Assembly (NCBI GenBank): GCA_012295275.1
Contig: CM022665.1
Span: 1,178,001 to 1,242,000, forward strand
Source of the DNA: Chrysomallon squamiferum
Taxonomy: Eukaryota > Animalia > Mollusca
Direction: 5' to 3'
DNA length: 64,000 nucleotides
Made by a program: the position numbers and the translations under genes. The notes under the pieces are model-generated. The model was not told the origin of the DNA, made no database searches, and saw only the letters and a list, made by a program, of their open reading frames with translations. Shown one piece after another: positions 54,229 to 64,000 of this stretch. Numbering within the stretch: the first letter of the stretch is position 1; every line of letters starts with the position of its first letter.

Positions 54229-55565
54229 GTCGAAATCTGTAAAGAAATAAACTAAGTTTTAATGAACTTGAAATCAAAAGCTGTATCAGGTTTTGAAAGA
54301 CATCTTGAAACCCTCAGCAGGAGTTGTGATCTCTTTGAATGGTGCATCTTGGATATGGGGTCGCATGATATCCGCGCCACAAAGATTGGCTATACGATAA
54401 AGACCCCGACTTCAAAAGACACACTTTCTTTAAATTAGAGCCAAATAACTCATTTGCTTATATTCGATAAAAACGCGGTGCTACCGTTCTCTAATTGTTT
54501 CTGTCCGCTACGTGAGGTTTCGAGATATAACTTCAAGAGTTTTAACAATCTGAAACACCCACGAGTATGGCGTATTTCAACCAAATATTTGCCAAAGTTC
54601 AAAGAAAACAAGAATTGTTAACGTTGTTTGATCTGTTTTCTACTATTAGTTTTTGTCGGTTTTGTTTTTACTTCGAAAGAGACAAACAGCTCTTTTAAGA
54701 AATTTCGTTTTCTTTTTGTTATAATTTAACTAATGGAAAAGCAATACCTTTTTGTTTCTATATTTGTCTTTTAATAACATGTGACAAAAAAGTGTATATA
54801 TTTTGTATTCTAAATTTACGACTTTTATCAAGGATAACTGTTAAAGATTAATTACTATGAAAGGGACAAAAAAAAAAATGAAAATATATATGTTAACTAT
54901 ATTCTTAGTTTTGTTCATTTATTAATTTTAACTGAATATACTGTTTATATGATATAAAAATACATTATAAAGAAGATATCTAAAAGCAACCGACAGATTT
55001 GTTCCCTTAAAACAAACTGAAAAAAACAGTTAATAATAATAACTAAAACAAAAATTAAGAAAAAGAAGCACATACAACAATTATTTCTCGTTAACTTGCA
55101 TTCACTTTTCACTAATAAGAAACAATAGCTTCCACGTTGTAATACTGACCGTAATACATCCAAACTGACTGAGTGACGAATACATGTGTTTGTTAATTCA
55201 TCTTAGTGATGCACCATATTACAGAATATTGGTGTATGGTTGGCCAAATTAGAAACATTTCCGCGTTATAACAGGCCACGTAGCATGATTTACAGACTTC
55301 TATAGAATGAATTCCATTCATCTTTCGGCGTGAGAAAGCAGGTTAATTTGGATTCCCTTTTTAGGAAAGCCATTACTTTCCCAGCCTGAAAAAACACAGG
55401 CTGTATTCGCCTAAAGAATTCAATAAAAAGTTATAAGTATCGAAGGGATAACTTTCATAACAGTTATAATTTGAATATCGAATTCGGTGCCTTGTTATAG
55501 AATAAGCCAGGATAAGTCACAGGGTACTTCTGACAAAAAATTATTAAAAGTATTATGTGTAAATC

Positions 55566-55566
<1 letters not shown>

Positions 55567-55652
<86 letters not shown>
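55567..55652. repeat. (CT)n microsatellite
   Basis: Direct reading. Confidence 0.95.
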
Positions 55653-55654
<2 letters not shown>

Positions 55655-56345
55655 GTCTGCCTCTCATTGCATACACACACTCACAAAGAATGAATACAAA
55701 TGATGTTTTCACTTAATCGTCGACAGCAGCAACTTCGTGTAAACATGCTAACCAACGATTTATTGTTTCGTTAACTCTTCTTCTCTTTCTTATTTTTCTT
55801 TGTTTGTTTTCTTTTGTTTTTTGTAATATTTTTTAAGGAAATGCATTTACTCACCAAGCAAAGATACACGAGTATATCGATTTATTTTAAATCATATTAG
55901 CATATTTAAATGACTGCTAAGCTTTCTTATTTATATAAACAAATTTTCAAAAAAAAAAAAAAAAGAAAGGTGAAAGTTGACCCTTTATAAAGCACAATTA
56001 TAGGTCCTAGTAACCCAGTTTCATACCTTATAATTTAGAAAACATAAGACGGTAAGACACAACAAAAGGTGCTTCTGTGCCTGCGCCCTAATTAATATTT
56101 TAATCGTAGTGGGAAAACCGATATGCACTGATATTAGAGGGGTTGCCAGGAAGTAATGGATTTATGGTAAAGATGCCAGAATATCATCGCCCTGCGCCAT
56201 GCTAATTCGTCTGTGATAATATTTAAAGATTAGTTATTGCAGTGGAAACTATCATATGTTTTCAGTCATTGTCAGCAGAGTTACTGTTTTCCTTTTGCTG
56301 GAAATATACTATTAATTTAAAGAAAGTAAAATAGATAGGAAACAT

Positions 56346-56520
<175 letters not shown>

Positions 56521-56653
56521 CACTGATGGGGCAGCACCGATCACACTCAGAGAGAAATCCTTGTTCTAAAGTAGCTTCTACGAAAATAATTTTTTAATAA
56601 ATTGATGTCTAAATTATATTTTTATCCTTCGTGTTCTAATCCGCGTCAGATTC

Positions 56654-56944
56654 CAGCAAGGTCTAAGAAGTGTTCAAAGTAACTTAGATTTGACTACGCA
56701 CGACTTACTATCAGCAAGGTCTAAGAAGTGTTCAAAGTAACTTAGATTTGACTACGCACGACTTACTATCAGCAAGGTCTAAGAAGTGTTCAAAGTAACT
56801 TAGATTTGACTACGCACGACTTACTATCAGCAAGGTCTAAGAAGTGTTCAAAGTAACTTAGATTTGACTACGCGTGACTTACTATCAGCAAGGTCTAAGA
56901 AGTGTTCAAAGTAACTTAGATTTGACTACGCACGACTTACTATC
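56654..56944. repeat. Minisatellite: five tandem copies of a 58-bp unit
   Basis: Unit CAGCAAGGTCTAAGAAGTGTTCAAAGTAACTTAGATTTGACTACGCACGACTTACTAT starts at 56654, 56712, 56770, 56828 and 56886. Only copy 4 differs (CGCGTGAC vs CGCACGAC). Confidence 0.97.
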
Positions 56945-57365
56945 GACTTAGGAAGAAGACAGATCAGCCAGTGCTCTGGGCACAAGTGAATTAATCACTT
57001 TCCATTTCCATTTAAGTAATTATCGGTTTGATGTATTATGCCTCCACTTTCAGTTTACTGAAAAATATCCGTCTGTCGCTGTTACAGCCTCCTCTGGCAA
57101 TCGCTCTTCTATAGTTCCTTCTATTTGATCTCGATATCTGAACACCGAACAGTGAACGTCTAAACAATCAAACATCAAAAGAGTTCTTCTGAAAAATGAT
57201 GATGGTTTTTCTGCCAGATATTTCCTATTGGTGCATGGGGGGGAAAAAAAGGGATGTGGGAGAAGAGGAAAAGTGAAAAGAAAAAAAAAAAATTAAAGAC
57301 GAAGAGTAAAAAAGCCCAGTTTTGTTCCAAGAGACGATAGGACGTGCTAAATACGATCAGAAGAG

Positions 57366-57383
57366 CGGCGGTAAGATCAAAGG
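57366..57383. promoter_or_regulatory. TCF/LEF HMG site with adjacent Helper site
   Basis: CGGCGGT (reverse complement of RCCGCCR), 1 nt, then AGATCAAAGG (optimal TCF consensus). Confidence 0.6.
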
Positions 57384-58254
57384 AAATCTGACGTATGAAA
57401 ACACTTTCGCAGACAAGATGAAAAATAGCATTCGTTTATGTAGTTTTCTACACACTCGTCAATGCTTCGGTATTGTCTTAGTAAATTATGAGAGAAAAGA
57501 AAGCAGTAGGTGAGTACAAGCGCCATTCATTATGAAGACCATCAGCCGTCTGTCCTGTACCTCGTCGCGAAATGGCGCAGTTTGCAGACATAAACACAAT
57601 ACTGCGATATAACAAAAATAACAATTAGATGTTACTTTTATTTTATATCCACAGGGGTTTCAAGTGGATCAATGCATTTACATTATTGTCAGTGGATATT
57701 TACAAATACGGAAAAATATAATGGAATCTCTCTCCCTCTTTTCTTTTTTCTTTTAAGATATTATATTTGTTGCTCATATCCGCTATGTTTCTAATTTTAC
57801 ACGTCATAATTAGCTTCAACGAGTTTGACATCATTATCTTCATGCAGTGTTTTCCATTTATTAATATTTACACAAGTTATTTTTGTAGGGGTGTGATTAA
57901 TATCTGCAGTTTTGAGGAACAAATAGATGCACGTGCGAGAAATGGATTAATACGAAAGATTCTTTGTATGACTTCTGAGAACGATGCTTCTTCTTTTTTT
58001 CTTTTAAGTTCAGCGCGAATTTTAGCTATGGTTTAATCTGAGTTATCTACTTTAACTGAAGCACTCGACTCGTTTATATTCATTCGGCGAACAATAATAA
58101 ATATAATGGTTCTCAGTTTGAAAAGGCCGATGCAGTGCGTGACAGTATTGTTTGCTGTCACCTCGAATCAAAAAAGAAAAAGAAACCATCACAACTTCCT
58201 TTTACGGAACGGATTTCGGTTATCGACATGCTTAAGGATAGAAAAATAGGTCTT

Positions 58255-58600
58255 ATCAGCTTTGATAGAAAGAGTAATTTTCCGGTGTTTTTACCACGAA
58301 GACTTAGAATTAGAATGGAATAATGCCGGTGCTTTGATGTCAGATAATTGTTGCGGCTTGTATTTCTCTCGCTATGGGCCACTGCAGCAGTGTAGCGCTG
58401 GGCTTTGAAGATTCACGCGGGTCGCGGTTTGATGAGAGTAATTGGCCGATCGCACCCTTCGTGGACGCCAAGTACGTGTAGCTTAGTCTGAGCAGACTTT
58501 GTACTCGGCTACCGCGATGTGTACCAAACATAGATCGGACTACAAACGTACAAGCGAAAAGGCGTGCAATGTCTTCTGGTACATTCGGCGGCACCCCATA
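58255..58600. promoter_or_regulatory. CpG/GC-rich island upstream of Notum with clustered TCF-like sites
   Basis: CTTTGAT (58260, 58332), CTTTGAA (~58403) and GTTTGAT (~58427), interleaved with GCCGG, GCGGC, CGCGG and CGGCGGC Helper-like motifs. Confidence 0.5.
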
Positions 58601-59510
58601 ACGATTCAGTTACCAGCTTGATTATGATTTTAATCGTGAGATCAACTGACCAGTGAGTGGACATCTTTGCTCTGAAAATTTAAAATGATATTAAAGTACG
58701 TCTCTCTTGGTTATACAATTCTGAAACCTTGAGTCCTTGACAGTGTTGGATTTCTTTGATAAAATGTTGAAGATAAATACAGTAATATTAATGCTGATAA
58801 GATATCATCTACATACCTAATGGAAAGTCTTAACCATTGCGTAATCGTATCTTTCTTACATATATTAAATTTGTTTAATTTCTATTTAGTATGTTTGTGA
58901 TGGGAGTCATTTTACTGTTCTTGGAAACAAAATTATTAAATTTCTGAAATCAGAAGAATCAGTAGAATTGCGTGTTTGGAGAAGATATAGGATAAAGACC
59001 AATAAAAGTCTTTCGTACGACACGATAAATGAATCATTTTGTATCACAGTTTATAATTTACTTACGTTAAAACTAATATTAGAATGTCATTACATAACAA
59101 GAACGTAAATAACTAATAAATAATTAACACATGGAAATAGATGTATTAAATAAATTTAAAAAAAAAAAAAAAAAAAATTGAATTAGATTCATTTTGTGTA
59201 GAAAGAGGAACAGGAAAACAGAGAGAAGGGATATGTATCCCAGCTGTAAGTGTTAACATACATCGTTACAGACGTTTCAGATACTCCCGCCAAAGTAGTG
59301 ACTGCCTTCGTTTGTGCTCAACAATACAACTAATTTCTTACACGTTCCCATTAACTCACCTGTAATCTGTGTTGTTCAAGCAGATAAAAGTTTAAATATG
59401 TTTAATATCTAAGCTGTACATAAGAGTTTTTGCTATGTAAGATTTTTGAATAAACACAAGAAGCTATGAAATTATCAGTACCTTTATTTGTTTATAATTC
59501 ATTATATATA

Positions 59511-59632
<122 letters not shown>

Positions 59633-61098
59633 ACTTAATTCATGTATCTGTATTTTTTTTTTTATAAAAGACGATGTGTTTTGTCCTGGATCCTTATAAA
59701 CACTGACAATAGTTCGGTACCCGAAATAAATAAATTAAATATAAACACAGAGTCAGATGAACACTTCATTATGCTTTATTAATTAAAGCTATGTTAAGGA
59801 AAGATGCTAATATCAAAATATTAATGAAAATAAAATATAATGAAATACTTTAAAACATTAAAACACTTACAATTTGGTATCAGTATCTTCAGAACTAACA
59901 AGTGAATCAAAAAAGCATTTTATCCCCCAACTATGCTAATGTTTGTGTGGTTTTCCTTTTTGTTTGTTTTGATTGTTGTTTTTCAAAAGGCTAGGTTGAC
60001 AGCGAAGTTTGCGAAATTCCATAATATAACCACGAATTAGTGGAGTGTAACACAAATATTCAGAGAACGTAGAAAAGCCGGCGACTTTGATTGTTCAAGC
60101 GTGTCGGAACACTATATTGAAACGAAATAAGATCTTCAAAAGAAACTTGCGCGGATTAAACTACTTTGTAACTCGAATAACATCCATTTCATCTATCATT
60201 AAAATCAATAACAGTGCTTATAACATAAGTTGTAAGATATAGGTCTCCGGTGAAATGTTCATGTATGTGAGAAAAATGTCACTTTGTCGACGATGAAGGT
60301 TGGCATCCCATTCTAAATTATATTAATTTTGAAAGAGAAGTAACTCCGACTTAGAACTGTCACTTGAAATAGGTTATTTCCCGTTAGTTCGCAGTTGTAG
60401 CTTCTGTGCTAATCTTAAGTGGAACTAGATACATCAACATACTGAATTTATGCGATTATTAAAAACGTCACCAGGCGTTGCGTTAAAAACAGGTTACTTC
60501 TAGGAAGTCATTATAATAAAAAGCCACCTTTATTTGACGAAAAAAAAAATATGACGGGTACCCTATTTGAGTTTATCTATTTTAAGAATAGGATTTGGAA
60601 TAGTAGCATAATAATAATGATTATAATATTTGTTAACAAGTATCAGTCACAAGATCATGTAACGCGGCCTGATATCTGCATTTACACAGAATGTGATTGC
60701 TTCTCTTATGTTTCATGTATTTCAAAACTGAAATCTTAAGAACACAGTTTAGAATTTTCAAATGATTTTAAATATATTGAAATGCTCAGCAGAGGATTGT
60801 AGTTTAGTGAGCTGATGGTGACTTAGCTTGAAACGTGAAAGGAAGCAGGATCAATGCTCCGCAGTGAGCCAGTCTAAATATTTACAATTAACATATATGT
60901 ATATAAATAGAAACAAAACCAACTTATGACTCATATCTTATAAACAACTGACAATGGATTATAGGATTACTGCTAATAAAATATTTCTGTTGTTCCTAAA
61001 AATGTTTGAAACCACTGAATCATGAATAAAGAAAACATATAAAACAATGCTAAGGATGATAATCTGTTAGCTAATAGATGAATCCCCGGTAAATAATG

Positions 61099-61101
<3 letters not shown>

Positions 61102-61140
<39 letters not shown>
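61102..61140. repeat. (TG)n microsatellite
   Basis: Direct reading. Confidence 0.9.
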
Positions 61141-61143
<3 letters not shown>

Positions 61144-61282
61144 AAAAGTATTATTTTTATTATTTATTTATTTATTTATTTATTTATTGTTATATAAAAT
61201 ACGATTGAAGTTTACACAAAACAAGTTCAGTGTGTTCCCATGGTAAAGTTTAAAATCTCGTTAATGTTGATTTTAATCTCAA

Positions 61283-61317
61283 GCCGCCATGTACATGTTA
61301 AAGATCAAAGACGCCGC
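61283..61317. promoter_or_regulatory. Helper-TCF-Helper module
   Basis: GCCGCCA (61283-61289), AGATCAAAG (61302-61310), GCCGC (61313-61317). Confidence 0.55.
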
Positions 61318-61825
61318 TTTCCGTCATTCATGTCGCTTTCACCTGACAGTCGAGTAGTTCCACTTTGTTGATGAAACTCTATCTGAGCGAATGTATAATA
61401 CACACTGTGGCGTCTTTATCAACGTTTATATTTAGTTGTTTTTGTTCTTATTTAGAAACTGATGGTAATTTGTTGTTTTTTCTTAAATAAAAAAGGCAAG
61501 AAAGAACACTTACAAATAAAATGAAAACAAAAAGGATAGAATAGATTGATAAGAAATGATCGACGCAAGTGGATAAATATACAGAACTAAAGATAGCATA
61601 TGCGCATGCACACACGCTCAAACAAGACAGTGTACGAATATGTTCATTCTCATGTCCTGATATAATCCTTAAATAATATTAAAAACGTACTTAATGAAAA
61701 TAATAATATAAAGGTTCAGAGCAATACTGAAATTTTGTCTTCTGAAGAAGAGAATGCCCTAGTCAACGAAATTACTCGACTTTTGATTTACTATTGTTTT
61801 TTGTGTTATTGTTTGTTGTTTGTTT

Positions 61826-61856
<31 letters not shown>

Positions 61857-61917
61857 TTACGAAAATCTCTGTACACATAATATACACATTTATTAAGTAA
61901 ACCACTAAATCAAAATA

Positions 61918-61960
<43 letters not shown>
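61918..61960. repeat. (TAC)n microsatellite
   Basis: Direct reading. Confidence 0.9.
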
Positions 61961-63091
61961 GATAATAATAATAAAATGCACTCACCTTTTTTGAGGTAAT
62001 TAATAAAACACCGGTCTTGATAAATGGAATGTCAATGCAAACTAGCATTATTTCTCCAAAAACAACTACCTGAACAATTGCGTCACGTGGTTTACCTGTC
62101 CCCCCCTGGCACCTGTCTCTATCTACGAAGCTAACTTATCATTAAATACCGTAAAGAACAGAACGAATCCGTAGCTGTTCACCACATCCCAGTTCCCTAG
62201 TCCTCCATTGGCTGGCCGAAACTTCAAAGAATGTTGACATAATCGAAACAGCCGTAAACACACCTGTCTAAAAATTGTGCTAAACTGAAAGCTACGATGA
62301 AAACATTTTCATGTGTCCACTAGCTTTGGCTGGTAAGCAAGATGGACTACTGCCAGCCGCGGTTAGCTTTCACTATCGCTTACTGATTATGGTCGAGTGT
62401 CCAAAATACGATTTTGTGTTTATCTTCCTTTATTCCTCTCCATTATGTACCTTCAGTGTTATAAATGAGTCTGTTAAATTAATCATTCGATATTTCTCCT
62501 AACTCTTCTTATGTAAACCAATATGTTGTTGTTGTTTTGTTTTGCTTTTTTTTAATATACTTTCTTCTTTCTTTTTTTTTTTTTTTTTTCATTGAAACAG
62601 CTTTTTCTTTCTTCGTCTTATTCTCCCTTACGGATTCCTTGTTTTTTCTGGGGGTTTTTGTACATTTTCGTATTGTCGGTATACATCAAAAGAAGTAACT
62701 AAAGACATTTTTACAATGCCAGGCTATCGCAAAGTGTGTAATTCATGCCAAAACCATAAGTGATGAACAAGAATATTTCCCCTTCTACGTACGCTGTAAA
62801 ACACCGCTACTGGAAGCCGTTCTACGAGAGAAGCGAGACGCTCTGTGTTGCACGCTATTTGACCAATGCTTTATCGCCATATCCAATTATTCCCGTGTCA
62901 GTTTTGTCTTTTTGATGTTTTATAAACTGTATTTCTTTCAAAGGAATCAAAGGTAATACTACTATTATTATTAAGCACCAAGAACTTACACATATTTAAC
63001 AGCAGACACAGAAAATCAGGCAATAAAAAAGATAGACAGTATGATAAGCAAACAGATACCTAGGTAGTTAATTCAGACACATATGATAAAT

Positions 63092-63596
63092 AGGCAGGCA
63101 GACAGGCAGACAAAAAGTCAGGCAGACAGACAGATAGGCAGGCAGGCAGACAAAAAGTCAGGCAGACAGATAGGCAGGCAGATAGGCAGGCAGACAGGCA
63201 GGCAGGAAGACAGACAGGCAGACAGGCAGGCGGGCAGGCAGGAAGACAGACAGACAGACAGGCAGGCGGGCAGGCAGGAAGACAGACAGACAGACAAGCA
63301 GGCAGGCAGGCAGGCAGACAGGCAGGCAGACAGGCAGGTAGGAAGACAGGCAGGCAGGCAGGTAGGAAGACAGACAGGCAGGCAGGCAGGCAGGCAGGCA
63401 GGAAGACAGACAGACAAACAGACAGGCAGGTAGGAAGACAGACAGACAGACAAGCAGACAGACAGACAGGCAGGCAGGAAGACAGACGGACAGACAGGCA
63501 GGCAGGCAGGCAGGCAGGTAGGAAGACAGACAGACAGGCAGGCAGGTAGGAAGACAGACAGACAGACAAGCAGACAGACAGACAGGCAGGCAGACG
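63092..63596. repeat. Complex (CAGG/CAGA)n tetranucleotide satellite, ~500 bp
   Basis: Direct reading; source of the PACL/SVCL and RQAG ORFs. Confidence 0.95.
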
Positions 63597-63752
63597 GTTC
63601 ACAGTAGATATGCGGAGAGAGAGAAAATGCTAGTCATAAACGTACCTTACATCATACCTTAATTTAACACAGACCTGTCTGTGTAAACAAGTCTGTCTTC
63701 AGTAACTTTTTTCACTGACTTTGCTATTTTATTGTAGAAAAAAGAATTATTA

Positions 63753-63906
63753 AGAAAAGAAAGAAAGAATGAAAGAAAGAAAGAAGGGAGAAAGGAAAGA
63801 ATGAAAGAAAGAAAGAAAAAAGAAAAAGGAAAACGTCAAAGCAAATAAAGTGTCATGTTTGGATTTGAAGCTGAATTTTTAAATGTTATTTTTTTTTCTT
63901 CTTCTT

Positions 63907-63937
<31 letters not shown>

Positions 63938-63957
63938 TTATTATTATTATTATTATT
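63753..63957. repeat. (GAAA)n, (CTT)n and (TTA)n low-complexity tracts
   Basis: Direct reading. Confidence 0.85.
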
Positions 63958-64000
63958 TTAAGTAGATAACTTTCTAAAATTTCTTTTCGCTGTTGAGTAG

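Noticed and set aside
56654-56944. CRISPR array
   Set aside because: The units are contiguous and identical with no unique spacers, there are no cas genes, and the context is eukaryotic; it is a minisatellite
58340-58594. 84-aa minus-strand ORF in the GC-rich island
   Set aside because: Non-ATG start and no family motif; the open frame is explained by GC content
60793-60875. tRNA-like segment
   Set aside because: No complete cloverleaf or intact B box; at best a decayed SINE head
63060-63602. Cys-rich 180-aa ORF and overlapping ORFs
   Set aside because: Translations of the (CAGG/CAGA)n satellite

Overview
AT-rich eukaryotic (animal) genomic DNA with spliceosomal introns and many microsatellites. 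It is most likely a lophotrochozoan or mollusc, but that is inferred, not proven. I reconstructed four intron-containing genes by hand from splice sites and reading-frame phase. (1) A secreted protein of unknown function on the minus strand that runs off the left edge, built from tandem ~110-aa repeats resembling a muconolactone-isomerase-like alpha/beta domain. (2) UBE2J1 (+, 7 exons, ~382 aa). (3) MAP3K4/MEKK4 (-, 22 exons, ~1642 aa). (4) Notum, the Wnt deacylase (-, 13 coding exons, ~517 aa). The most notable points are these. Gene 1 needs a non-canonical GC-AG intron whose donor (GCATCCTTT) looks U12-like and which holds a ~290-bp fold-back. TCF/LEF sites are strongly over-represented around Notum, several paired with Helper motifs, and a 5x58-bp tandem array there multimerises a TCF-like site. 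Notum carries a polybasic insert with a second fold-back just upstream of its exon. Several MITEs and a Tc1 relic are present. I see no CRISPR, rRNA or tRNA, and no firm evidence for a wholly new biological system; the candidates below are hypotheses.
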